From positions 100,419,404 through 100,470,947 of the forward strand of contig NC_068986.1 in the NCBI RefSeq assembly GCF_001194135.2: 51,544 nucleotides of DNA, written 5' to 3'. Every line of letters begins with the position of its first letter. Positions within the stretch are counted from its first letter, which is position 1. The notes beneath the pieces were generated by a model. The model saw nothing but the letters and a program-made list of their open reading frames with translations, had not been told where the DNA came from and ran no database searches. This document shows, piece by piece, positions 1 to 13,472 of this stretch. The DNA is from Octopus bimaculoides (taxonomy: Eukaryota). A program made the translations under genes and the position numbers.

Positions 1-33
<33 letters not shown>

Positions 34-559
34 CAGTATATATGTGTACAAAGACATACACACGCACATACACGCACTCACAAATTCACTTACAAACATA
101 AATTTAAGTCACAATACATGGAATCAAATAACCCGGTAATACTCATAAAAGTAACTCCTTAATGTATAATTGTATAAAACATATAAAATATATAGTACAA
201 TGCAAGAGAAAACGAGAAGGTGTGCATAAATGGCAGAAAAGTATTTTGATTAGATCTTATTTAATAAGAAAATTCAAATATCACGAGACATTGTTTTGTA
301 AGTTGGCTGAATTTCTCGATTATTTTGTAAGCATTTTTGGCATTTCATTATTCCAGGCATGTAAGTAATTTATTTATTATTAAATATAATAATATAAATT
401 ATAAGCGTATTTTAGGTTACGAAACAATTTGTCAGGATTTTTGATTTTTGTTAATGTCAAATAGAATTACGAACTATTTCTCTGTCATTTTATCTTTATA
501 TATATACATATATGTGTATATATGTATATATATATATATATTCACACATAATGCATACA

Positions 560-566
<7 letters not shown>

Positions 567-649
<83 letters not shown>
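567..649. repeat. (AC)n microsatellite
   Basis: Directly visible AC dinucleotide run. Confidence 0.98.
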
Positions 650-653
<4 letters not shown>

Positions 654-658
<5 letters not shown>

Positions 659-1125
659 TTATATAAAGGGCATTATTACAGAAAAATAATAACGCCACAC
701 AGTGGACTTCTCAAAATAACCACATTTAGTACCTAATGCGAGGAAAAAACAACCAATAGAAGATGACCCTCCACATGGGTACCCCAAAACAACCCGGAAG
801 TATTTCCCGCTTCTTTGATGAAGATATATACAGATAAACTTCATTCCCTTTACTCTGTCAGATACGTTGTTGTTCGGTTTTGGTGAGGTGAGAATTATGT
901 TTATTTATATATATTTTTGGGACAATATTGTGCTGATAAACGTAATCTAGATTCATTCTAGTAATCGCGAAATCGGTCGATACACAATTAAGTTTATTTA
1001 AAAGAAAGTTGGTCATCTTCTGTTGGTTGTTTTTTCCTCGCATTAGGTACTAAATGTGGTTATTTTGAGAAGTCCACTGTGTGGCGTTATTATTTTTCTG
1101 TAATAATGCCCTTTATATAAATATA
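654..1125. mobile_element. Putative MITE / foldback element with 115-bp terminal inverted repeats (654-768 and 1011-1125)
   Basis: Left arm TATATTTATATAAAGGGCATTATTACAG...CAACCAATAGAAGATGACC is the reverse complement of 1011-1125 with one mismatch by eye. It encloses a 242-bp non-coding spacer and the ends lie in TA-rich sequence. Confidence 0.6.
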
Positions 1126-1560
1126 AACAAATAATTATATTCTTGGGAATAGAAATTTCCCTTATGAATTTTTTTTACACACTGGCTTCTTGATAAAATT
1201 CTTGTAAAAGAGTTTTATCCTTTTTTGAATTTATATATNNNNNNNNNNNNNNNNNNNNNNNNNNNNNNNNNNNNNNNNNNNNNNNNNNNNNNNNNNNNNN
1301 NNNNNNNNNNNNNNNNNNNNNNNNNNNNNNNNNNNNNNNNNNNNNNNNNNNNNNNNNNNNNNNNNNNNNNNNNNNNNNNNNNNNNNNNNNNNNNNNNNNN
1401 NNNNNNNNNNNNNNNNNNNNNNNNNNNNNNNNNNNNNNNNNNNNNNNNNNNNNNNNNNNNNNNNNNNNNNNNNNNNNNNNNNNNNNNNNNNNNNNNNNNN
1501 NNNNNNNNNNNNNNNNNNNNNNNNNNNNNNNNNNNNNNNNNNTATATATATATAGGTATA

Positions 1561-1760
1561 TACGCATTCGGATCAAAAAGCTCACAGACTAGTTATGCTT
1601 ATAAAACAAAAGCTTATTTACCTACGTTTTAACATTTCTCTTTCGAAATAGTCACCTTGCGCAGCAATGCACTGGTCCCGGGGTTCTTTGCAGCTGTAGA
1701 ACCCGGCCTGGGAGTCATTTTCTGTTCGCGAATCGAGGTTCTCCTGCTATTGGCTCTGGA
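1561..1760 (-). mobile_element. Mariner 3' end remnant (transposase C-terminus plus TIR)
   Basis: The minus strand reads ...DQCIAAQGDYFE, matching the mariner C-terminal KCIxxxGDYFE motif. It is followed by a TIR-like end, on the + strand TACGCATTCGGATCAAAAAGCTCACAGACT, resembling the mariner TACGAGGTCTGATCAAAAAG type. Confidence 0.6.
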
Positions 1761-3499
1761 TCTCAACAATGGTGTTTAAAATGGCGAACTTTGAGCTACG
1801 TTTGCCTCTTGGGAAAGAGATGGAAATCCGCAAGTGCTTAATATGGTGAATGGGTGGTTACATTCTATTTAAACCATAGCTGTGACTGACAGCGATTATA
1901 ACCTGGGAACAATCGTGGGAAAGTGGTGGTTCTACACTGCTTAAAAACATAGAACTCTAGGACCAGAACGTTTCGACATGCTGCAGTTTATATACGTATA
2001 TATACAGGAGTACATTGTCAGGTGAAATAACGCTTCATTTCTCTTATTCATCTTGATATCTTCACTCAGGTATTAAATAGTAAGGGAATCCTGAATCGAT
2101 GAGGCAGCCTCGACCACTTTTGTACATACTGTATGAATATTCTACTAAGCGTCACTCAGTTCATGTTCTACTGCCTTAAAACGCAACTTGCCACAAGGTC
2201 TAAGCGTGGATTGAAAACATATGAATTCAAGCTGAACTTTCAAATTTTATTTAGTGTTAAAAGTCAATTACAATAACAAAACCTAGAACCACATCTAGCA
2301 GATGTGAGACAGGTACCAACAGAGGGGATGTGCCTTAATTGAGTTTGTAATGACGACATTTTTATTGTAGGATACATTTCACCCTTTATCTCGTGATAAT
2401 TGAGAGAATATCCAGAGGATATACATCTATTTATTTGGGAGTTATCGAATATAGATATAAAATTCAACACACCTGTAACTATATCCGCAACATATAATCA
2501 TCTGGGAAACTCAATTAAAATGTGTCATTAACGATAGTGATAGATGTAATTAAATTGTGAGATATTGACAGGATGCCTCAGATAAGATTACAAGCTATAC
2601 CACATATTAAGTTCAGTAATTATTCAATTTTAGCCCATCGAAACTAGAAAATTTGGTTAATACCACGATGCATATACAAATATAATATATACATTACGAG
2701 AGGGAAAGAGAGAGACAGGAGAAGGGAGAAAGAGATTACAAATAATTACACAGCTGCAGCAAAAACGTATCATACTGTCTCAAGAGTTATACAAATAGCC
2801 ATACATACTTGAAATACAGATTCCAATCTTCACATTCTAATATACCCTGTTAATTCTAGATGGAATAGAGTCCGTACCCACTTTATATGCATTATATGTA
2901 GGCAACGAGGTTTGAGATTAGAGACCTTGGTAGCATCTTGTATTGTGGCGAGTTAGGCGTTGGATCATTTCTTGGATATATTTAGAACTGATTAGAACAA
3001 TAGTATAGATTTTACCTTAATATATCTATGTTTGAAAATCTTTTATTTGTAAGGAAAGGGAGTACTAATGATACTCTACAACAGTGCCGAGACGAGAAGA
3101 AGATGGGAGAATTTGTCTTCAGACCTACAATGATATTTGATACGTATATAGCAGGAAAATTACAAGTGCATGTCCAGCTGTTTCGGAAAACGCACATTAC
3201 CGGGAGTTTCATCACCATCCAATCAAAATGCATTGCATTAGACGCAGTGGTAATTTCAAGTCCAAACAAAATGGTAAATATTGCCACTCATCAAATTAAA
3301 AATATTTTTTATGAAACTTTCGAGAATACGATGTTACAGACTCTGCAGTCTGTAACTTCACTCCAAAACTCAGTGGTACATCTCATCTAATGATTTTATC
3401 CCCGGATTACTTAGTCACGAAATTTGATTACTTCTTTGCGAATACGTTCTACTTGATCGAGGTGATTCTGGATATTGATGCCTATGTTAGGGTAAACCT

Positions 3500-4570
3500 T
3501 ATTGAAATTGGGAAGAATATATATATACCCTAGTTTGCTGTTATTCATTTGTCACTGTACATTTATATATTTCATGTTTGCGCAGACATAGCCCCGCGAG
3601 CGGACACAATTCAGGGTCCCTAAAGTTGCAGCTTTTGGGCTTTCTATTTAAACTTTTAATTTTATTAATATTATTTGGAATTGTGTTAGATATCCTATGA
3701 TCTGGTCTTTTATCAATTTGGAGTTGAACTGTATTTCTGTTTGTGGATGCGATAATTGAACCCAAGATCGGCGTTGTAGAGTAAGATAATTTTATAGTAA
3801 GATATTGAGTAAGATAATTTTGTAGCATTTTTGTTAAATATAGGGTAGTATCTTCGGGAAATTTTGAATACCTGTTTAGGTAGATTTTTTAACTCCTAGC
3901 GAAAACGTGGTAGGGGGACCATATAATTTGTCTTTTCCTAGATTTAGAGTGACACAATAGTATAGTACGCAATAGTACGGGTAGTATAACTTTGTGTTTG
4001 AATTTAATGTGACCTCTAGAAAGTCGTACGGGTAGTATAACTTTGTGTTTGAATTTAAGATGACGTCTAGATAGTCGACTATTTTGTGTCAGACACGAAT
4101 ACATTACTGAGATTAAAGAAATTGAAAAGAAATGTTCTTAATGACTTCCTAATTCGTTCAATCTCCGGTTTAGATTAACCATTTGCTGCGATTACAGCGG
4201 CATCCCTGTATAGCCCACTAGATATGTTTGGGATGGATTTCCTAATTTGAGACAGTAGATAGACACCCACTAGGTCTGTTATGTGGCTGAATGAGCCGAA
4301 CCCATGGTAATATAAGGGTAGTTTGTCGACTCGCTTCTAATCCAATTATATTCTTTAACATTTATCAACATTTTTCTCGCGGTTAGGATAATATCTATAT
4401 CAGATAGAGGTATGTTGACAAACTCTCGGGAAAATATCAGTACCTTATTTAATAATATCGGGGAGATAGTGGCATAATAATTCGAAACGTCTAATTGTAT
4501 AAAACGAGTATTATGCTTCCTCGGGCGGCAATGGAACTATGTTCTAACATCACCTGTTGATGGTAGCAAA
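3500..4570 (-). mobile_element. Decayed Penelope-like element (RT, linker, start of GIY-YIG region), probably Naiad-type
   Basis: Minus-strand translation, with frameshifts and stops: TRFIQLDVSNYYATISPILLNKVL...ITMGS; DLVGVYLLSQ...GLYRDA (the YRDD site); KIVDYLDV; RKRQIIW; IKLSYSTTP; SCNFRDPELCPLAGLCL...IYKCTV. These are in the expected PLE RT-to-linker order. Confidence 0.85.
3975..4076. repeat. 51-bp tandem duplication inside the PLE RT
   Basis: Two copies of GTACGGGTAGTATAACTTTGTGTTTGAATTTAA... start at 3975 and 4026. Confidence 0.95.
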
Positions 4571-5741
4571 CACTCTGTTTAAACATCTGTTACTCCCTCC
4601 ATTCCAATTTTATTTTGAATTAAAAAAATGTCTTACTATATTTCATTATTCTTATCTACATTTATATCTATACACTATTATATTTAAATATCTTTATATA
4701 TACGTATATACCAATCGTAGTCTGCCCGAGTTGAACTTATTCCTGTATCTCTTATATATATATANNNNNNNNNNNNNNNNNNNNNNNNNNNNNNNNNNNN
4801 NNNNNNNNNNNNNNNNNNNNNNNNNNNNNNNNNNNNNNNNNNNNNNNNNNNNNNNNNNNNNNNNNNNNNNNNNNNNNNNNNNNNNNNNNNNNNNNNNNNN
4901 NNNNNNNNNNNNNNNNNNNNNNNNNNNNNNNNNNNNNNNNNNNNNNNNNNNNNNNNNNNNNNNNNNNNNNNNNNNNNNNNNNNNNNNNNNNNNNNNNNNN
5001 NNNNNNNNNNNNNNNNNNNNNNNNNNNNNNNNNNNNNNNNNNNNNNNNNNNNNNNNNNNNNNNNNNNNNNNNNNNNNNNNNNNNNNNNNNNNNNNNNNNN
5101 NNNNNNNNNNNNNNNNNNNNNNNNNNNNNNNNNNNNNNNNNNNNNNNNNNNNNNNNNNNNNNNNNNNNNNNNNNNNNNNNNNNNNNNNNNNNNNNNNNNN
5201 NNNNNNNNNNNNNNNNNNNNNNNNNNNNNNNNNNNNNNNNNNNNNNNNNNNNNNNNNNNNNNNNNNNNNNNNNNNNNNNNNNNNNNNNNNNNNNNNNNNN
5301 NNNNNNNNNNNNNNNNNNNNNNNNNNNNNNNNNNNNNNNNNNNNNNNNNNNNNNNNNNNNNNNNNNNNNNNNNNNNNNNNNNNNNNNNNNNNNNNNNNNN
5401 NNNNNNNNNNNNNNNNNNNNNNNNNNNNNNNNNNNNNNNNNNNNNNNNNNNNNNNNNNNNNNNNNNNNNNNNNNNNNNNNNNNNNNNNNNNNNNNNNNNN
5501 NNNNNNNNNNNNNNNNNNNNNNNNNNNNNNNNNNNNNNNNNNNNNNNNNNNNNNNNNNNNNNNNNNNNNNNNNNNNNNNNNNNNNNNNNNNNNNNNNNNN
5601 NNNNNNNNNNNNNNNNNNNNNNNNNNNNNNNNNNNNNNNNNNNNNNNNNNNNNNNNNNNNNNNNNNNNNNNNNNNNNNNNNNNNNNNNNNNNNNNNNNNN
5701 NNNNNNNNNNNNNNNNNNNNNNNNNNNNNNNNNNNNNNATT

Positions 5742-5989
5742 AACAAATTTATTAGAATATTTAGCTGAAGATCAGAATAGAGTATTATTTACTCTTAACT
5801 GTGAAACAATTGTACTAAATTAACTAAAGGCAAGTTTTTTTACTCTTCTCTACTGTTTTTTGTTCTGTGTGTATCAAAAATATCGCTATCAATCTGGAGT
5901 AATAATTTGTAGTTTTGAAATCAGTAGTTCTTTGACTGCTATTTCTGAATTCTCAGTATGTTGGAGAAGCAGGTTTCTGTCAATCCCTA
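5742..5989 (-). mobile_element. Dispersed non-autonomous repeat, copy 1 (possibly Tc1/mariner-derived)
   Basis: The reverse complement aligns by eye to 34607-34860, sharing GCTTCTCCxACATACTGA, GAAATAGCAGTCAAAGAACTACTGATT and CTTTAGTTAATT. Confidence 0.7.
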
Positions 5990-6869
5990 TATATTTAATT
6001 TTTAAAAGTGATCTTGTGCAGTTTTATTGCAAACGATGGCTCCCAAACATTAACCATATTATTCCATATGGCTTCTTTAGGGTGAATAGAATTGAGCATT
6101 TCATAGACTTCCTTGGAATTTTACGATGGAGTACTTTCAGACAATTCCGTTTAATGTGATAGACACTTTCCTGATATTTACTCTGAAGAATAACCCGTCG
6201 AAGAAAAATTTCTTCTAGCTGAATACACAAAGTCGTGACATGATGTTAGAAAGGAAAGCTGACATTTAAATAAGAGATATAACAGTGTGTAATGATAAGC
6301 ATCGTTGTAACTAACACTTATGTAGAAAGAAAAGCAAGAATCAACGTTCAGAATAGTCTCAGCAAGACGGGTACCTACTTGTTTCTAGTTGGATATTGAA
6401 AAGTCCATCTTGTTTGCTGAATACTATTTTTCAAAAACTTTCATATATTTCAAGACGCAAGTTTGTATACTGATAGATTGAAGCTGGGTCAGTAATCAAT
6501 TACTGTAGCTGTTCTGATATCTAAACAAGCAAAACCCTTTTAATTAGATTTGTAAACAAAAGCAATTGATTACGAAGACGATTTATACTTCGACACTTAC
6601 TCAATCAAGTTGCTTCAAATGTTAACATGTGATGCTATAATCACTTCTTGCAACATCTTTCAAACAGACAATAAATAGAAAGAGGTGAAATAATGTGACA
6701 ATGAAATAACACAAGGATGTCACACGGTCTAATATAAATGTAAAGATGATATACAGGAACGTCTCGTAATGACACCATCGAATGAAAGATTTTTGTAAAG
6801 TATCTGCCGGTTTTCGTAATTGTGGACCAATAGACAAATCTTATATTTTTTCTCATACTCACTCTGCCT

Positions 6870-7051
6870 CCCTGTCTCTCTGTCTCTTTCACTCTCTCTC
6901 TCTCTGTCTCTCTCCCTCTCTCTCTCTCTCTCTCCCTCTCTCTCCCTCTCTCTCTACTTTTCCCCCTCTTTCTTTATCTCGCCTTTTCTATCTTTCTGTG
7001 TCTGTGTCTCTGTATGTCTGTTTGTGATTCTGTCTCTCAATTTCTCTATGC

Positions 7052-7147
<96 letters not shown>

Positions 7148-7186
7148 ATATCTATATCTATCTGTCTATGTATGTATGTATGTATG

Positions 7187-7239
<53 letters not shown>

Positions 7240-7262
7240 ATCTATCTATCTATCTATCTATA
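6870..7262. repeat. Compound (CT)n / (TATC)n microsatellite
   Basis: Directly visible; runs into a gap. Confidence 0.95.
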
Positions 7263-8193
7263 NNNNNNNNNNNNNNNNNNNNNNNNNNNNNNNNNNNNNN
7301 NNNNNNNNNNNNNNNNNNNNNNNNNNNNNNNNNNNNNNNNNNNNNNNNNNNNNNNNNNNNNNNNNNNNNNNNNNNNNNNNNNNNNNNNNNNNNNNNNNNN
7401 NNNNNNNNNNNNNNNNNNNNNNNNNNNNNNNNNNNNNNNNNNNNNNNNNNNNNNNNNNNNNNNNNNNNNNNNNNNNNNNNNNNNNNNNNNNNNNNNNNNN
7501 NNNNNNNNNNNNNNNNNNNNNNNNNNNNNNNNNNNNNNNNNNNNNNNNNNNNNNNNNNNNNNNNNNNNNNNNNNNNNNNNNNNNNNNNNNNNNNNNNNNN
7601 NNNNNNNNNNNNNNNNNNNNNNNNNNNNNNNNNNNNNNNNNNNNNNNNNNNNNNNNNNNNNNNNNNNNNNNNNNNNNNNNNNNNNNNNNNNNNNNNNNNN
7701 NNNNNNNNNNNNNNNNNNNNNNNNNNNNNNNNNNNNNNNNNNNNNNNNNNNNNNNNNNNNNNNNNNNNNNNNNNNNNNNNNNNNNNNNNNNNNNNNNNNN
7801 NNNNNNNNNNNNNNNNNNNNNNNNNNNNNNNNNNNNNNNNNNNNNNNNNNNNNNNNNNNNNNNNNNNNNNNNNNNNNNNNNNNNNNNNNNNNNNNNNNNN
7901 NNNNNNNNNNNNNNNNNNNNNNNNNNNNNNNNNNNNNNNNNNNNNNNNNNNNNNNNNNNNNNNNNNNNNNNNNNNNNNNNNNNNNNNNNNNNNNNNNNNN
8001 NNNNNNNNNNNNNNNNNNNNNNNNNNNNNNNNNNNNNNNNNNNNNNNNNNNNNNNNNNNNNNNNNNNNNNNNNNNNNNNNNNNNNNNNNNNNNNNNNNNN
8101 NNNNNNNNNNNNNNNNNNNNNNNNNNNNNNNNNNNNNNNNNNNNNNNNNNNNNNNNNNNNNNNNNNNNNNNNNNNNNNNNNNNNNNNNNNNNN

Positions 8194-8240
<47 letters not shown>

Positions 8241-8713
8241 TATACATATGAAATGTTTGTTTATCAGTGTACGCTGCAAAAGATCCTTGAAACTAAGAAG
8301 TAGCCATTTTCGGAAAAAAGCTTCTAAATTGTCGATCATTTGAGACAGAGAATATATTTATGAAGGAAAATGAAGAAAGTGACAGATTTATTAGCTAGCG
8401 GAAGGGCACTGTAAATTGTTGTTTCTGATGCACCTGTTTCAACTGGTTATGAAACTTGGCTATAATGAACAAAACAGATGCATTGATTAAAATTTCAAGA
8501 AACATAGATAGCTTCTAGGTGTCATATTTACCAGCAATAATTTAGGATTTAGTCAGTTAAGATCGAAGTTGTTCTTAGACGGCCAAAGCAACATTTTACA
8601 GTATTAAGGAAATAAACGAGCAGGAACGTTTCAGATCCCACAATAGGCTTTACAGAAAATTGAATCTCTACGTAGAATACCATTAGATTCTTTTCCAAAA
8701 TTATTTGAATAAG

Positions 8714-8810
8714 CGATCTCGGCGTAATTTGAACTCAAAGGGTAGCGATGGAGGTCATGCCGCTAAGCATTGCCCCCGGTATGCTAACGATTCTGCCAGC
8801 TAGCCGCCTT
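8714..8810 (-). mobile_element. tRNA-derived SINE, 5' fragment (Octopus OR/CORE-like family)
   Basis: The reverse complement reads AAGGCGGCTAGCTGGCAGAATCGTTAGCATACCGGGGGCAATGCTTAGCGG...GAGTTCAAATT, homologous to 41085-41303 and 42735-42956, with a B-box-like GTTCAAA. Confidence 0.8.
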
Positions 8811-10266
8811 ATAGGTGAGTACCATATTTAGTAGTTTGCATGATGCTGTCGTCAACAATAAACGTTTTCAGATGCTTTATTGTTGAAAAAAAGGCTGTAT
8901 TTATTCCTGTTACTACAGATTATGTTACAATATATATTGATAAATATTTTCTTCGCCATCTTCTACTAAGAATAACATATAGAAATAACTACCCTGCATC
9001 CAGATTCAGGTAATATAAAACACCAGCAATGCTAACCAACTTCCAAGGTTAATCACTGTCACATCCACGGAAATTTTGTAACAAATAATTTATCAAATAG
9101 GATAAACTGCAAGCTGTCCGTTCCTAAACTTCCCCTACAGTGCATTTGGTCACAGTGAAAGTATGTGACGAAAATTTCGACACACCATAGCAATGGATGA
9201 CATGAGGCAAACAATGTTTTTAAGTGTTTATGAATGACTAACATGTGTCTTCACGCTATGAATAATTTTCTTTCAGCTTATGATCTTAGAGCAGATCACT
9301 TGTCCAACAATTGCGTCTCCTAAATTGTTACAATTTGCTTCACTGTATTGAACAAATGTGACGAATTCCAGAGAAGAGATCTCCAGTAGAATAATAGAGT
9401 AACAAATCTTAGAGAAAATACTTCAATGCTGATTTTCATTCACCAAAAGAACATATGGAAATATTTGAAACACAAAATAACGAAACTGTTTGTTTAGATG
9501 GAATTGTTATATAAATTGAAAGACCTAGACGAAACTTTGGTATTTCCTGAATTGTGCAAATAATCGCTATTATAAAAATGGTGAAACAAGCCGAATTGAG
9601 ATAATCATTAATGTTTCAAGTATTCATGTATATCTCCATAGCATCTTTACGGGTTCATTTCCATCATGCACTTAAATTGCAGCAAACATTATATATATAT
9701 TAATATTCTGGTTCTTTCAGATCGACCATCTCGTGAAGGTTTTAAAGCGTTTTACCAGATGTTGCAGTTAAGATACTGGACTTTAGATCAATAGTATCTG
9801 TTCATGTCGTCATTTTAATGTCCACTGCTAAAATGGATAGACTATATTTTACTCAAGTTCCGATAAGTATTGCGAAGCAGTAGGATTATCACTGAAATGA
9901 TGTTCATTTATAAATATAACATTATGAATTACTTCAGTATATATACATATTTGTAGTGCCAGCTAAGTGATCCATACATTTAAGGGTTTGCAAAGAACTA
10001 TAAACTTTACAGCTAAATTATGATACTATATAAAGTACTAATTCAACATAGTATAGCTGTTGCCAGTTTTCCAAAAACATATTTTTTACATGCTTTAGAT
10101 CAGCATGTTTAATCTCTTCTGAGAGACGTACGAAGGATGTAGATGTAAACATGCTCCTTGATAACATACATAACACCGGTAGTCTACAGTGAGTCGATTA
10201 TTTATTTGGAGTTCAAAATAGATGTATGTCTGTCTCTCTGGATACCTGCCTCTGTCTGTCTGTTTG

Positions 10267-10327
<61 letters not shown>

Positions 10328-10328
10328 A
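10267..10328. repeat. (TCTA)n microsatellite
   Basis: Directly visible. Confidence 0.97.
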
Positions 10329-12017
10329 ATGCATAAATAATGCTCATTACAGTTTTTCGGTATTGAAGTAAATTTGACTGACAGGTGTTTCCATTATTCA
10401 TTCTGTATCGGCCCATTTGTTCGTTGAGAAAAAAAAAAATGAACGACCTCGAAAATTAATGCTACTTACCTCAGTGCCATTTCTGGTTCGTAAATGACTC
10501 CTGGATAACTAGAAATAACTCCATGCCAATAACTAACCTATAACGTCTCCTGAAGCATAATTTCCGTTTACCAAATATGCATAAAATCTTTAACAACATT
10601 TTTATATAATGGAATAGAACTCTCCAAGATGTTGTACGATTGAATCCAATCTAGTGTACGCATGATTCCACCTAATTTAAGTCAACATCGACATAAAAAT
10701 ACCTTACATGTAACATGATTATTGATCAAGTTTCTATTATAAACAGCCTCTGTGGATACCAGAACTCGCGAAAATTACCATCGCAATTATGAAATAGGGA
10801 ATTGATATAATCGTCCAATGCTGTTATCAAACACGATCATTATTTTCTTTTATTGTAGTTCATGTATTAAATGTCTTCCCGTGATGACAAACTAATGTGT
10901 TATTAAATTGATGCGATATATTTATTGATCGGTCAGGATATTGCTGAACCAAATAATTGGTGCAGGATTTCTAATAATTTCTCAAAAATATTTTTATCAA
11001 CTTTAGAGGTTTGGCATTTGTTATCCACCCACCTAAGCTTTTCGGTTGCCTATAAAGATAAGAAGAAATACATCAATGCGTATAACATCAATCTAATTTG
11101 TTGAGATGCTATAAATCAAATTCGACGATGCTAAAATTATAGATATTATTGTATTTAAACAAAAATGACAAACATTAATATAGATTAATATCTCGAATGT
11201 ATTTCCTGTCCTGTCTTTCGGATAATAATAGAAGACAAGTGTAACAATTCTTAAGTATTGATTCCCTCTTTCATTTTCAAAAGAGATTAATTAATGTTAT
11301 ATATATAATCTAGAATGTATTGACTGTACGAAAATCGATTCAGTCTTTTCCGCTGGTAATTCTTTCATCAACAATGCATGCGACATAATTCTGGGAACTA
11401 TATTTCATACTAATGCATACTTAAATGGTGTATTTCAATTCATGATCACTTTGAAATGGAGCAACTTACACTACATAACAATTATTATCAACTGAATACA
11501 AATTGTATAATTCTATCCTTTTTCTGTATCAATATTGCTGTGTAAACCTTCCAATTTGTATCATTGATATACTATGAAATACCTCAAATGAAATAAGTTA
11601 CATGGAATAGATATAAGTACATTATGTTTGGGATTTTCAAGTTTGCTTTCATTATTTGCATACCATTGTTAAATTTGTGTAAGAGCAATAAGGGAAATAT
11701 TTCAATAATCTGCAATGAAAGCGTTTTCTGTTGGTTTTCCATTACAGAAAATCAGGAGCGCAATTTAAATCAGCTATAATATTTAAAATACATATGTACA
11801 CATACACACACAAAGACGCACACATGCACATGCACTCACTCACACACACACATATTTGTACAAAGATTCATAGGTAGAACAATGATGACACTAAACTATG
11901 TAGAGATGTGATATATGTCATTATATGTGTGATTATTCATGTCTTTCAATATATATATATATATATACGTCGTCTTTCGTGAAGCATTCTGATAAGACGC
12001 TTGTTTACTGCTGTATA

Positions 12018-12232
12018 TCAGTGTGTTTGCGCCCTGCCACTGCTTGACAACAGGTGTTGGTGTGTTTATATACCCGTAAGTTAGCGGTTCGGCTAGAGAT
12101 CGATGGAGTAAGTAGCAGGCTTATACAATAAAAAGGACTGACGTCGATTTATTCGACTACAATTCTTCCAGACGTTGCTCCAACATGGGTGCAGTCTAAT
12201 TGCTGAAACAAATGAAAAACATTAAACAATAA

Positions 12233-12235
<3 letters not shown>
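12018..12235 (+). mobile_element. SINE 3' half (second Octopus-type family)
   Basis: GCTTGACAACAGGTGTTGGTGTGTTTA...TTAGCGGTTCGGC...CCAACATGGGTGCAGTCTAATTGCTGAAACAAATGAAAA is homologous to the 3' part of 29070-29388. Confidence 0.8.
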
Positions 12236-12268
<33 letters not shown>

Positions 12269-13472
12269 GGTTTGAAGTTGGGGTATTTACAGAGACGCAT
12301 TCGACCAGAATAGTGGGCTGTCAACAAAGTGTTTGCAAGTCGAAACCGGAATTCTTCAGGTGTAGAAAATACAAGTTTCACAACGATTATACCGTCAAAT
12401 GGATTTTGCGAAGCGTAAATAATCCAATAAAAAGAATACAATGAAAATTGTTTAACACATCTTTAATTATAAGTTACAATTGTTTCCGTACCATCTCAAT
12501 TTGCAACCTCACTTTACGCCCAAATTCTAAATGAAAAGTCACGTAACATTTGCATTTTAGACTTTAGAGAGGCACTTCATCAGAGTTGCATCAAATGTGT
12601 GCTATTATATTGTGCGTCCTTCAGATCTTGTTAGGTAAATAACATAGCGTTCAATTTTAGCAGATTATTTTGGATCGTAAACATCTCTAGAACTTATTTG
12701 ATGCTCTTATGGCAGCAAAACATTTGACTGAATTAAACTCCCTTTCAAGGCTCTATCTACAAAGTATAGTCACATAGAAATATGTACTAGTATAGAACAA
12801 TGCATATAGCAAATTTGAATTAATTCTGTTCATTTAATTTAGCAAACATAGTACCGGTAAAACGTTTAGAAAACTCTATTTCTTTTAGTAAATAGTTTGC
12901 GTACATGAAATGAGATGCAAACAGTATGTCAACATTGTGTAGACCTTACGGGAAAATTTAATAATGGTCTAAGCATCTTCCAATCTAAGTGGACTATATA
13001 ACCATCTCTAACTTTATTTCGGAAATAACGCAATGTGGTTCTGCAAATGAGTATATATTCCCAGAATAATTTAGTCTATTATACACAGCATAATACACTT
13101 GGAAGTATTTAGAAAGAAACAACACGAATCGGTATGAATGCTGTATAATTTTTTTATATAAGCAGTTGACATTTCTTATTCAAAGTTCGCTGCACCTAGT
13201 ACAAAATCATTTCTCTTAAGATAACTAATTTATAAGTAGTGTTCTGTAGTTGTACCTTTTCAAATGTGCGCTTCATACAACATTAAATTGCATTACTAAA
13301 ATCTTAGTACATAAATCCGTAGCAAAACACCATATTCCCAACGTAGGCTGCATAGTTTATCAATATGTCAGCAGCAACAGTACGACCATTCTTACTTGAA
13401 CCCGAATAAACGTTGGCAACGTTGTTATATTGACTTGCGCGATAAATAATACAGCAGTAGTTAAATAGATTA

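Noticed and set aside
3028-3390. 120-aa plus-strand ORF
   Set aside because: It starts at a non-ATG codon, has no recognisable motif, and has only ambiguous splice signals. I cannot support it as a gene.
9721-9795. DRPSREGFKAFYQ resembling a CUB-domain end
   Set aside because: The match is too short, there is no good donor, and no other CUB exons were found.
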